Positions 49,047-61,639 of a stretch of 64,000 bases of DNA are shown one piece after another. The stretch comes from Octopus vulgaris (lineage: Eukaryota): assembly GCA_951406725.2 (NCBI GenBank), contig OX597818.1:93496001-93560000 (forward strand), read 5' to 3'. Numbering within the stretch: position 1 is the stretch's first letter; every line of letters starts with the position of its first letter. The notes under the pieces were generated by a model that did not search any database, was not told the origin of the DNA, and saw only the letters and a program-made list of their open reading frames with translations. A program made the position numbers and the translations under genes.

Positions 49047-51331
49047 GTAGGTGAATTCTCTCTTCTATTTCTCTATCCCATACATATATGCATGCGTGTG
49101 CGTGTGTGTGTGTGTATATAACATACAATAAGATATTATGATAATATATTAGATACATTATAATATAGGTGGCTGTAGCAATTAAAACCAAAAAGGTAAA
49201 ATCAATCAATGAGGGTGTAAAATTGTACCTACAATTGCTAGAAATGAGAGCTAAAATTTAACTTGAACAGTCACACAAAAGCACTAACCTCATGAAAAAT
49301 TTGGGACTGTGAACTATAAAGTGCTTGGCTGTATAGGCTACTCAGCAGACTCATTTACCCGAGGCACATAAACCTCCCTACTACTGAAGGAAAGAATATG
49401 TCATGGTCAGCTCATTTTGTAAACAAAAAAATTGCAGAGAAAAATCTCTACTGCCAAAACCTTGGGTGAAGTGCAGTTATTCCCTTTATATCAGTTCCAG
49501 TTGTGTCCGTGAGAGGCCAGCTGAGGTTGGCTACATTTCCCTAGTTGACAAACAGGGAATTTCATGTTTTCAACATGAATTTCCTCTAATGAAGGCACTG
49601 ACTAAACATCTCTTTTTTGGAGTTTAAAAAGGACCTTGAATCATGTGAGTTTTTCAGGATTTTTACTCTTGTTGAGGTTATCTAGGAACTGCCATGTATG
49701 GTGTACCTTCCTCATTTAAATGCCATACATAGCTAGATTTTGTGCTTCTCTGGTATCCTAAAGGAGTGCCTGTGGTTGCTAAGACAATGGTATTTTCTAA
49801 TCTTTTAATATGTAATTACTCTGCAAATAGAATTTACTAGAAATTTCAACTGCTATGTATATCTCATTCAAAATAATGCCTTTTTATACATACATTTGCT
49901 TAATGTGAACATGTTTATGTGCTTCATGAGGACACAGCTTGGATTATAACCCCCTTATATAAACTATATGTGTGTGTGTGTGTGTGTATACATACATATA
50001 CATGTATATATTTACACACACACAGATATATATACACACGGGTATATAAATATATGTATGTGTGTCATCATCATCATTAAACGGATGTTAAATGATGACG
50101 ATGACACACATGTATATATATTCATATACATACATATGTTTATGTACCCACTTCAAGTCACCTATTTGGTAGGAATAGATATCAGATAATCATTTCCAGT
50201 AAATGGGGATGGATGTCCTCCACTATATCTGCTCTATGTTGTTGAATATGTATGTGTATGTACAAACATACACTAGCAATCATTTTGTTACTTCTTATGT
50301 AATCATACATGGTCACTCAACTTGCAAAAAATAGTCAAATCTCACACAACACTGCTGTCTTAAAAGAAGAAAATATGAAGACACATCTGATAATATGGTA
50401 TGAAATGAGAAAAATTCCTCTAACTCTTGGTATACAAGTCAGTATAATATTTAGTGTAAATATTCAGACATCATCAATACCTTTCCAAATCATGCTGTAT
50501 TTCACATGGAATTTTTAGTTCTTGAAAATCATCTTGTTGTATTAGTCAACCTACCATATTTTGGTCTGAAAAATTCAACTTGTATGCCAGAAAATATGGT
50601 CAAAGATGAGATAGAGATTGCTATAGCTGAAAATGAGTTTTGATTGCATGTCTGCAGGACTAGAACTGGCCTGGGGCTAAACAACAACCACTTGTGATAA
50701 TGTTAAATCATTTCCTTCTCCTATCCCATCTCTCTCTCTCTCTCTCTCCATCTTGTTTCCATCCCACATTCTTTTATAAAATTAAACACCACACAGTATA
50801 TGTGTATATCTCTTATAAAACATTAGTTATCTTAATGAAAACACACTGGTCATCTTCAATAATAATGATAATATTGTTCTGTAGTTTTATTGTTATCACA
50901 AGTGCTTTCATTGTAGTATTTTGGGTATGAATAGTGTTTTGTTTAGCTTCTCAGTTTTGAGCTGAAAATGCTCTACATAATACATATGCAGTGCCAAGTA
51001 GATTTTCTGTGCCTGGATGCCCTTCCTGTTGTTAATCCTCATCTGTTTACAAGAAAGGTAATATATCTCTTTGACCAGATATATTTTCACTGAAAAGTGG
51101 AAAAGAATGACACTGCTTGTATGATGTTGCTGATTGTTTACAATCATCACATTTCTGTCAAGACAAAGAGACACAATATTTTGTTAAGGTTATTCCTACA
51201 GAAATATAGCCAGCACTGATTTTTTGCTACAACATTTCATATTAAAACTTTCAATGTAAACAAACAATGAAAATCCACATGCCTACATGTCTTTAATAAA
51301 AAGACACAGATACACATACATACATGGACAT

Positions 51332-51375
<44 letters not shown>

Positions 51376-51878
51376 CATGTGATCATGATATCGACCAGAC
51401 TATTGGATGTTGTTATAAATCACTGGTCACAATGCATTTCGCATCGTTTTAGCTTTTTAATGATGCCACTCTGCTGGCTAAGGTGAGCAGGCCAATATTC
51501 TCCCTGATTGGAAGGTTAGTCCATCACAGAATCACCTATTTACAGCTGAGTGCACTGGAGCAATGTGAAGTGAAGCATTTTGCTCAAGAACACAATGTAC
51601 AGTTGGTCTGGGAATCAAAACCACAATATCATGATTGTGAGTACTACTTACATTTACACACACACACATAATGGGTTTCTTTCAGTTTCCTTCTCCCAAA
51701 CCCACCCATAAGGCTTTGGGGCTATAGTAGAAGATACTTGCTCAAGGTAATTTGCAGTGGGACTGAAACCTAAACCATGTGGTTGAGAAGCAAACTTTTT
51801 CACTGCGCAGACATGTACATAGATAAATGTATTTTTACCATATATTACTTATTTTTATTTTATTTTCTATTTCTACAG

Positions 51879-51953
51879 AAATTCAAAGTCAAAGAATGGC
51901 CTAAAAAGGATTATGGCTTGTTCTATGAGGGTGACTCCTATATTGTCTTAAAT
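51879..51953 (+). CDS. Gelsolin-like gene coding exon 4: KFKVKEWPKKDYGLFYEGDSYIVLN
   Basis: TTCTACAG acceptor, GTGAGT donor, 75 nt, phase 0/0. Gelsolin YGxFYxGDSY motif. Confidence 0.95.
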
Positions 51954-52254
51954 GTGAGTATTTTAATGATCTGACCTTTTCATACAGTTATGTCTTACTG
52001 TTTTTGAGAGTTGATTTAGTCATAAAATTAAGACATTGTGTTTTATATTATTACTAATTTTCTTGTAGTCCTGTATCATCATCATCATCATCTTTTAATC
52101 TCTCTCTTCCATGCTGGCATGGATTGATTAGTCTGAAAGGCTCCAGCAAGTTGGAAGACTACACCATGCTCTAATGTCTGCTTTGGGGTGGTTTGTACAG
52201 CTGAATACCTTTTCTAATGCCAACCACTTTACATAGCATTCTCAATGCATTTCT

Positions 52255-52485
52255 TATTTCTTTGCTGCCCACAAGGGGCTACACACAGAGTGGACAAGCA
52301 AGGACAGACAAACGGATTAAGTTGATTATATCGATCCCCATGCACAACTGGTACTTATTTAATCGACCCCGAAAGGATGAAAGACAAAGTTGGCCTCAGC
52401 AGAATTTGAACAAAGAATGTAGTGGCAGACGAAATACTGCTAAGCATTTCGCCCGGCGTGCTAACGTTTCTGCCAGCTCGCCGCC
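52255..52485 (-). mobile_element. SINE-like repeat, third family
   Basis: Copy of 4058-4285. Confidence 0.75.
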
Positions 52486-52848
52486 TTTACTCAATGCATT
52501 TCTCATGGCACCATCACCAGTTAGATTGCCTTGTAGAGCACAAGATTAAGATTTCCTTCAACTGAGTAGCTTTATTGTAGGAGATAAAAGGTTAAAATAT
52601 GAAGGAAGGGGCTGGAGCAGGTTTCTTTCTGTAAAGGAAATACTTGGCTACTCATATTATACAAGAGTGGCTTGGAGTAATGAGGGGTGAAGCTGGAAAG
52701 AGCAATAAAGATGGTGATGATTAGGTAAGGTATGATAGTGGACTCTGCAAACAGAAGAACAAGAAGGGTTTGATGAGTCGGGGTTGCAAGAGTGTGTGGG
52801 GAGAATAAGGGATGTTTACAGAAGGAGTAAGGATGTAGGGCAAAATAC

Positions 52849-53215
52849 AGTAGAAGCTCACAATATAAGGGCCCTATTGTATGAGTAATTTGCTGTATGA
52901 GCTAAGACTTGTGCAAACTTTTGTCTTGAAGTACAAGCAGAAATCTGCAGTACAAGCACACAAATTGTCCCATCTTTAAGGTAATTCAGTTAATAAAACC
53001 AGTTAACATATTTCTTTTGCATTCTCTTTTTTACAATTGTCATTTTACTTGTAGCCACACCTTTTCTGTTTTAAAACCCATTAAACATAAATTTTGAGTA
53101 GTTTTGTTGGGATGGATCAGATTAATTATATTTTAGTTAATTTCAATGGGGAAAATTGATTTGTAAAACGAGTAAGTTCTAAGGTGAGCTCAATCATAGA
53201 ACAAATTTAACTTGT
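52849..53215. mobile_element. Tigger/pogo-like non-autonomous element; its right end is displaced to 54288-54313 and duplicated at 54609-54662
   Basis: TA|CAGTAGAAGCTC left end. Right-end sequence GAGCTCAGTCATGG..AATTAAACTCGTA..GAGGTATTACTATA. Confidence 0.4.
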
Positions 53216-53337
53216 CGGATGACTGTACGAATGGAGATGGTGCCGAATGAATGTCTCCTTTTAAACACCACACACTCATCTTACAGTAAAAGCCAAAATA
53301 AGTGCCAAAAGGAATAAGGAAGACAACACAACTATTA

Positions 53338-54250
53338 TGTTAAGAGAAAGGTTTTATTCAGGTGTTGACATGTGGGTAGCAGAGTGCACGTCGGTGAGTG
53401 CGTTATAAGTGTGTCCATAATAATAATAATAGACATGGCCGTCAAGCATACAATAATGTGTCTGTGTGTTCGTGTCATAAGTACATACATAATCAAGAAC
53501 AATAAGACAGGCCGTCAAGCATACATAATGTGTAAGTGTGTACAAATAAAGGTGTATGCGTGGGAAATAAAATACAGAGCATAGAAACGAGTCTCTCAGG
53601 ACACGAGAAGTAGAGCAGACACAAGATGGAAATAAATACCAGTTCGTAGTAATAAACGCAATAGTTCTGTAAGAAAGAAGTTGGGGTCACAAGGCAGTGG
53701 CCTGTTGAACACATATCGTGTAGCGGTTGTGGCTTCAATGCTGTGCCGGGTCACTTGGTACAGAAAGTTCTCGTAGGTAGGCTAGCTGTTAACCTCAGTG
53801 AGTATTCACAAACAGTGTGAAGTAAACCTGGGCGATGTTGCTGCATACGTATTGATGTTGGTGGAGACGGCGTTAGGATTGAAGAGCGATGATAAGCTTA
53901 AGGTGACGATGGAGAAAGGTCCTGAAATGCTGCAGTGGTGTTGGTGTCACGGTCGCTGGAACTGGTCAAGTCGCTCTGTGGTCAGGGGCTAGTCGTTAGA
54001 AGGACTAGAACCAAAGACGCAATACGGTTTGTCGTGACTAGCTTTATAGAGATTAGGTGGCTCAAACGAACCATTTAGAAGACTGTCATGGAACCTTATA
54101 AGAAGGCTGTGATTGGTTAGTTTACACATTGGCACAAAATAACACAAGAGACAAAACTGCACCAAAACCAACCAATCAGAGCAGCGGACACAACTGGGCC
54201 TAAGCAGCCGAAGGCTGGCTGCTATACGCCACGTCCGCATTTGTATTACA
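53338..54250 (-). mobile_element. LTR-like segment (~910 bp)
   Basis: - strand TGTAATAC ... CCAAT boxes ... TATAAAG ... AATAAAACCTTTCTCTTAACA. CpG-richer than the flanks. No TSD seen. Confidence 0.45.
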
Positions 54251-54287
54251 TCTCTCAAAAAGAGATAATGTTTTTACTACGCACTAC

Positions 54288-54958
54288 AAACTCGTACAGA
54301 GAGGTATTACTATACTAAACAATGAAGAAGGATTGGTGAGATGTGAATGACTGAATGAAGAGCAAGGATTTGTAAGAAAATAGGGAGTTGATGATAAATA
54401 TATTGTTCTGATATATTCAATGCATAACTAATCATAGTTCTTATATAGCAGGTTACTGTTATGACCAGTGTACAGTTCTAATGTAGTATTTTCATAGTAT
54501 GACTTATCATATGTAGTTATTTTAAGGTGTGTGACTAGTCAGATGTAGGCATGTGTAGTATGACTCATCATACAGTACTTGACGTTGTTTGCATCTAATA
54601 ATAGTTGTAAGGCGAGCTCAGTCATGGGACAAATTAAACTCGTACAGAGAGGTATTACTATACTGAACAATGAGCAAAGATTGGTGAGATGTGAATGACT
54701 GAATGAAGAGCAAGGATTTGTAAGAAAATAGGGAGTTGATGATAAATATATTGTTCTGACATATTCAATGCATAACTAATCATAGTTCTTATATAGCAGG
54801 TTACTATTATGACCAGTGTACAGTTCTAATGTAGTATTTTCATAGTATGACTTATTATATGTAGTTATTTTAAGGTGTGTGACTAGTCAGATGTAGGCAT
54901 GTGTAGTATGACTCATCATACAGTACTTGACGTTGTTTGCATCTAATAATAGTTGTAA
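54288..54958. repeat. Tandem duplication of ~320-350 bp
   Basis: 54288-54610 and 54636-54958 are near-identical. Confidence 0.92.
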
Positions 54959-55174
54959 TACTTGTAACAAAATGATGTATGCAAGAAATAAAACAATCCT
55001 GTCATGGGTCAAAAGATAATTAGTATGTTTAAATATTGAAATTAACACAAAAATAGTGAAACATTAAGTATGCCAGTAATTATACATGTGTGTTCTTGAA
55101 CACTGACTTAAATAATTTCATACCAGTTTCTTGTTCTTTTTACCTTTTTCTGTGTAAGTACACACACATGTACG

Positions 55175-55337
<163 letters not shown>

Positions 55338-55765
55338 GAGCTTATTGCATTTTGTATACAATGCCCAGGTGCAATAAAGCTCATTGGAGAATGACAAAAA
55401 AGGTGTCAGGAAGCAGCAATAAGTCAGATAAAAGAACACAACAATAATAACCAAACATTCATATACAGTGCATAGAATAAAACACAAAAACATGGGAAAA
55501 TGAACAGTAAAAGAGTCATAAAGAGGAAAAGGTACATAGGCATGTCAAGGGTTGTGTTAATGAATTTCAGGAAACATGAAGTTTTGAAAATATATATATA
55601 TATAGGTATAGCTGTGTGGTAAGAAATTTGCTCGCCAACCACATGGTTCCATTTCAGTTTTATTCAGTTGTGGCATCCTGGGCAAGCATCTTCTATAATA
55701 GCCTTCAACTGACCAAAGCCTTGTGAATGGATTTGGTAGGTGGAAACCAATAGAAGCCCATCATA

Positions 55766-57194
55766 CACTGAAATGCAAAAGGAACGCAAGTTTTTCAAAT
55801 GGCATTTTTATATGGTAAATTCTGAAAATTTATTTTGGGGATGTAAGTGTAAATATTCCAAGACATGCTGGTTTATGGCTGAGGCCCAAATTCCAGATAA
55901 CCTTTCAACTTTCCCAGAAACGAGACACCAAAATGCAGCTGCATTGAATGCCATGGGTGGCAGTCACAAACAATTGTCACGAAAACCAAAATGCATGTGC
56001 ATCTCATGGAGGTTATTTGTCAGCAGTGCAGAGAGAACAAGCTATCAGCTGATTGCAAGCAGGGCAGCATGCCCTGGTTGTTGCGAAAGCTTACAATGTC
56101 CATGTCTGCATCATCTGTCACCTGCAACAGCAATACAAATATACCAACAGCACTGCAGACCATGCCCACAGAGAGCACCACCGGGTGACCACGCCCAGGC
56201 AAGACTGCTTCATCTACCTGCAACAATGCTGTGATCACTTCAGACTGGCCATCATGACAGCTTGCGAGACCGTTGGCACTGGACAGTGACCCATCAGTAA
56301 TGACATGGTATGATGTCGACTGGCCGCCAACAACCTGTTTTGCCGTTGTCTTGCTTGAGGGCCTGTCCTCATCACTTGCCATCGTCAGGCACAAACACAG
56401 TGGGCTACACAACACCAACATTGGTGGCATCAACAATGGATGTCGATAGTCTTCTCTGACAGGAGCCTGTACTGTGTTTCCACCTCGGATGGCATAGGAA
56501 GGGTGAACGCTATAGAGAAGCATGTGTCATGAAAAGAGACACCTGGGGTGGCCAAAGTATCATAGTTTGGGGTACTCTAGCACTGAATCAGAGAATTGAG
56601 CCCCGTATGTTCCAAACTGTTGGTGCAAGCAGAGGGAATGGCATCATAGCGCAGTGCTACCTTGACCAGATCCTAAGACCTCACATTGTGCCTTTCTTCA
56701 CATGTCACCATAGCCACGTGTTCCAGCAGGACAATGCTCCCTCCCACACGGCCAGGGTCACCATGGACTTCCTGCATCAGCATGACATCAGAACCATGCT
56801 GTGGTTGGATCTCAGCCCGGATTTGAACCCAATTGAACACCTGTGGGATGAAATCCAGAAACGGCTGAATCAGGTGGTTCCAAGGCTGAACACTTGTGTG
56901 GAACTGGAGGCAGCTTTCCTCAGGGTGTGGGTACAGGTGCAAATGGCTTTTGTGAACCGCCTCATGCACTCCATGTACCAACGGTGTATGGCCGTTTTGA
57001 ACACCCATGGAGGGCATACACAGTATTGGACATGTCATGCCCTACAATCTTGATGTGCTGGATCCACCCACTACATGATCACATGGCAGTGACCCATAGA
57101 TTGTGGTCATAGTGCATCCAAGAAATTGACTTTATCAGGTTTATCAAAATTTATCTCTGACATAATGAAATTATGTTTCTTTTGCAGTTCAGTG
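55766..57194 (+). mobile_element. Defective Tc1-family DNA transposon (~1.43 kb) inserted into a SINE
   Basis: TA|CACTGAAATGCAAAAG ... CTTTTGCAGTTCAGTG|TA TIRs. ORF 56529-57053 with GGQSIIVWG, FQQDNAPSHTAR and SPDLNPIEHLWD. The N-terminal half is frameshifted. Confidence 0.92.
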
Positions 57195-57642
57195 TATGTA
57201 TGTGTGTGTGTTTAACCCCCAGCACTGCTTGACAACCAATGTTGGTGTGTTTACATCCCTGTAACTTAGCAGTTTAGCAAAAGACACCAATAGAATTAGT
57301 ACCAACTTTAAAAAGAAGTACTGATGTCAATTCATTGGACTAAAACAACTCAAGGCAGTGGTCCAGCATGGCTGCAGTCTAATGACTAAATTGAGTAAAG
57401 GATAGAATATATATATATAATGTGTAGGGAGGTATGTTTGCATGTATGGGTGTGGATATGTATAAATAACTATAACATGACTCATGCATTACATAAAAAC
57501 TAGGAATTAAATTTCCTATGAAAGTAGAGCAAAACCATCGTAAAACTAGTCATTTGTGAATCATTGCTTCTGTACAAACTACAGTCTTCTATTTGTTGTT
57601 AATGTTTCCTTTGTTAAATTTGAATTAAATTTTCCTGCACAG

Positions 57643-57714
57643 ACATACCTTGAGGAAAATGGAGAGAAATTCAATTATGATGTACATTTTTGGATTGGCA
57701 AATACAGCACTCAG
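57643..57714 (+). CDS. Gelsolin-like gene coding exon 5: TYLEENGEKFNYDVHFWIGKYSTQ
   Basis: GCACAG acceptor, GTAAGG donor, 72 nt, phase 0/0. Gelsolin YDVHFWIG motif. Confidence 0.95.
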
Positions 57715-58057
57715 GTAAGGAATATTACATTATTCATTATTGCATTTACCCGGTTACACATAACTGTCCCTTCTCCTCTCTCTCTTTCTCTTTCAAACAC
57801 TTCATCTTCATTATCATCTCTACTTTCACTTTTCCATGTTCATATGGCTCAGAGAGAATTTGTTGAAATAGATTTTCTATGACTAGATACCATCCCTGTT
57901 GCCAACCCTCACTTGTTTCTGAGCAAGGCATTATTTCCCCATGGCCAGACATGTTTTCGTGGAAGATTGTATATGAACAACACTGTTCTATAATGTTGAC
58001 TCTTATTTAAAGCTATTACATGATGTCAAAAGGAAACACAAGCAGATATACACCCAT

Positions 58058-58095
<38 letters not shown>

Positions 58096-59057
58096 ACATG
58101 CATACATGTTTAAGGAGATGTGGGTAACCTTTGACTTTCTCTATCCAAAGGGCTTTTTATCCAATATTTACACAAATATTTATAGCTTTATCTGCTTCGA
58201 GATTCATCATTCCAAAAATGAATATTTCTCATTCTCTTAAAGATTATAAATTTGATGTCATCAACTATATATATAATATTTATTTAAAGGACACAATACT
58301 TGTCTTTAAGTGCTACTAATAGTTTCATCTGTTGTGAAATATCTCAAACATATTCATCAGGCACGTGTGAATTGTGCCTGATGTTTGAGATATTTCTCAA
58401 CATATGAAACAATTAACACTAAAACACATGTATTGTGTCCTTTAAATAAATATTTATCTCTCACCAGATGGAGTGCTCTTTTTTTTTTATCTTTCTATCA
58501 AAGAACGGTACATTATATGCAGACACACATATGAGATCTCTGTCCACTCCAACTCTACTCACAATGCTCAGGGCTATAATAGATGACACCTGACTGCCCA
58601 GCCCTGCCTTCCAGGTGCCACACAGTGGGACTGAACGCGAAATTGTGTGGTTCGAAAGTACACTTCCTCACCAAGCAGAATGATATCTGAGGGAAATAAG
58701 ACACATATTTCTGCATCATTACTCTTCATCAACTACAAACACCAAATCCATTGTTCACAGCTCACTAAGAACTACTTTCCTTCCATTTAAACCTGCCGTA
58801 TTATACACAACAGGCTTCTTCCTGTTTCTGTCTATCAGCTCCATTCACAAAAATTTACTTGGCCCAGGGTTATAGAAGACACTTGCCCAAGGTTCCTTAC
58901 TGTAGAACTGAATTCAAAACCATGTGGTGGGGAAAAGACTTCTTAATAACTCAGCCATGCTTGTCATGTTTAACAAACTTAAAATGGTTTTAAACTTGTT
59001 CAAAACCACTACTTTATGGTATTGTACTGTTCTGTTTCGACTACATAGTACAGTAGT

Positions 59058-59405
59058 ATCATCATCATCATCATCATTTAGCGTCCGCTTTCCATGCTAG
59101 CATGGGTTGGACGGTTCAACTGGGGTCTGTGAAGCCAGAAGGCTGTATCAGGCCCAGTCTGATCTGGCAGTGTTTCTATGGCTGGATGCCCTTCCTAACG
59201 CCAACCACTCCGTGAGTGTAGTGGGTGCTTTTTACGTGCCACCCACACAGGTGCCAGACGGAGCTGGCAAACAGCCACGGACGGATGGTGCTTTTTACGT
59301 GCCACCGGCACGGGGGCCAGACGAGGCTGGCAACGGCCACAAATGGATGGTGCTTTTTACGTGCCACCGGCATGGGGACCAGGTGAGGCTGGCAACGGCC
59401 ACGAA
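59058..59405 (-). mobile_element. RTE 3' UTR fragment with three ~58 bp internal modules
   Basis: (CAT)n plus repeated GGTGCTTTTTACGTGCCACC..GGCTGGCAA. Confidence 0.78.
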
Positions 59406-60139
59406 CAGATGTATTATATTGGCTATTCATTACAGAACTGTAGTGTACTATATGGATGCAGTCATAAAGTCTTAGGCTCAATGCAACTGTGCGTCATCTT
59501 AGATATGTTTGTATTGCTGAAGCCTCAAGTTGACGCAAACCTCCTGAGTGAAATATTGTAGATGGAAATTGTTTGAAAACTCATTGGATGAACTATGGCT
59601 GTAATTCAAATAACCAGCTTTGTCATACACATTATCACTCCTATTTTGCTCTGGAATTACATTATTTGTTTTATGTTCAGGGTTATGCGTAAGATGAGAT
59701 CAAGTTGCTCACACCTATCCTATAATGTCATTTTAAAAGTAAGCAACTATATTGATACCTTCAAGTTGCAAGATAATGCATGAATAATTGAAAACAATAT
59801 GAACGAACAAGAATTGCATTTGATTGATGAATCTGAATGCTATAGGGTTCAACAGCAATTAGAAATTTTGCTGATGTGCACAAAGCTTTGTCAAGCTATA
59901 ATTGACGAGAGGCAAACTAAGAAGTGTTAATTGAAATATAGATGTATACAATTACATTTAAACCTTTACAGTAGATAATGTCTCAGCAGAGAAACTTGCT
60001 CTATAGACAATGTTTATGTATAACATACCACTGGGCTATGAATGACATTGGCAGAATGTGGGACCTGTGTTTCTGCTACAGACATTGAATTCATCATTCA
60101 CAGCCCACTAAGAATTGCTATTCTTATATATAAGAATTT

Positions 60140-60932
60140 GGTCAACCATTGGAGATGGTCCATCTCCAACTTATGTTTCGCTAATGATATTGACCTGTCA
60201 GGAAGCAGTGAAGCAGAACTTCAGAAGCTCACCACAGACTGGAAAAAGTATCAGGAGCTTAAAGGGTGGAGATCATCCCAGAAAAGAGAAAAATCTTGGT
60301 TAATAGCAACAACCAGAACTTAGTAGCCAACATCATGAATATAAAGAGACTTAACATAGTGACCACTTAGACCAAGGATCCACTTAGACCAAGGACAGCA
60401 GATCTCAAAATGAGATTACGACTAGACTCAGTTTGCCCTCTGCAGCTATGATGAAACTGATTTTATGGAAGCAAGACTCAAAGTGTACAAGTCCCTAGTG
60501 ACTTCAATCCATCTGTACATGGAATGAAGAATCCAGGTATTTGAACACAAATACTTCAGAAGGCTGCTACACATTCTGTATACCAAACACAAAACAAACA
60601 GCTTTGTCAGCAGCAAGCCAACAAATATGCTGGTAGACAGGAACTACTCCTTGCACAGATAAACTGATGAAAGTTTGCCTGGTACAATCACATATCTTGC
60701 TACAACTCCCTGTCCAAAACCACCTTTCAGGGCACAGTTGAAGGAGGGCGAAAGAGAGGCAAGGAAAATCCTGGTCTGGCAAGATCAAGGACTGGACAAG
60801 TCACAACACTGCAACCCTGTGATGCATGCAGAGAACAGAGACCAATGGTGACAGCTGACTACAAAAGCATCTAGAATGGCACCCCAAAGACTGGCTGCAC
60901 AGATTAAGAGAAAGTGAGGAGGGTGATGATGA
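60140..60932 (+). mobile_element. Degenerate RTE-like LINE
   Basis: ISNLCFANDIDL..SEAELQKLT (decayed NLRFADDIDL), VYKSLV and RIQVFEHKYFRRLL, ending in GATGATGAT. Confidence 0.65.
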
Positions 60933-61039
60933 TTTGTATATATATATATATCTTACTGTCTATCCACATCTATCTTTTTATATATATTTCTCTCTTACAT
61001 GCCTTGCAGCTCATCCCTCTTTTCCTCTATTAGCTGTAA

Positions 61040-61300
61040 CCCAACTCCATGCCATCTTTTATTACCATTGCTTCACACAATTTCATTCCATCACTTGCCT
61101 TCATTACTTCACTCAACTTCATCTTCATCACTTACCTCCATTGCTTCACTCATTTTCATACCATTGCTTCACTCAACTTCATGCCATTACTCATCTCCAT
61201 TACTTCATTCAGCCTCATACCATTATTCATTTCCATTGCTTCACTCAACTTCATGCTGTTACTCATCTCCATTACTTCATTCAGCCTCATACCATCACCT
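61040..61300. repeat. Degenerate ~36 bp minisatellite (CCATTGCTTCACTCAACTTCATGCCATTACTCATCT-like)
   Basis: About 7 diverged units seen directly. Confidence 0.85.
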
Positions 61301-61330
61301 AACTTTCTGTCTGTGTGTATTTCACCATAG

Positions 61331-61458
61331 GATGAGTATTGTGCAGCTGCCTACAAAACTGTTGAGTTGGACACCTTCTTGGACGATGTACCTGTCCAAC
61401 ATCGAGAGGTACATGGACATGAATCTGATCTCTTCAAGAGTTACTTTAAGAAAATGAC
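61331..61458 (+). CDS. Gelsolin-like gene coding exon 6: [42 protein letters not shown](T)
   Basis: CTAAC branch-point-like sequence at 61299, CATAG acceptor, GTAAGT donor, 128 nt, phase 0/2. G1 long helix and PVQHREVxGHES motif. Confidence 0.96.
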
Positions 61459-61501
61459 GTAAGTAACATTTAACTTACTCAAAATACATTCATAGCTACA
61501 C

Positions 61502-61639
61502 TTTTGTTGTTAAACTTTCACATACTAATTCCTTCGCCATACTCTCACATGGTACCCCAGGAGCAGTAAATTTTGTTGTTAAACTTTCACATACTCATTC
61601 CTTCGCCATATTCTCACATGGTACCCCAGGAGCAGTAAA
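61502..61639. repeat. 69 bp tandem duplication
   Basis: Two copies differing at 2 positions. Confidence 0.92.

Noticed and set aside
55740-56523. 164 aa and 167 aa ORFs
   Set aside because: They are out-of-frame or antisense readings of the broken Tc1 transposase.
60999-61457. 152 aa Ser/His/Leu-rich ORF overlapping exon 6
   Set aside because: It comes from the minisatellite and reads the gelsolin exon in the wrong frame.
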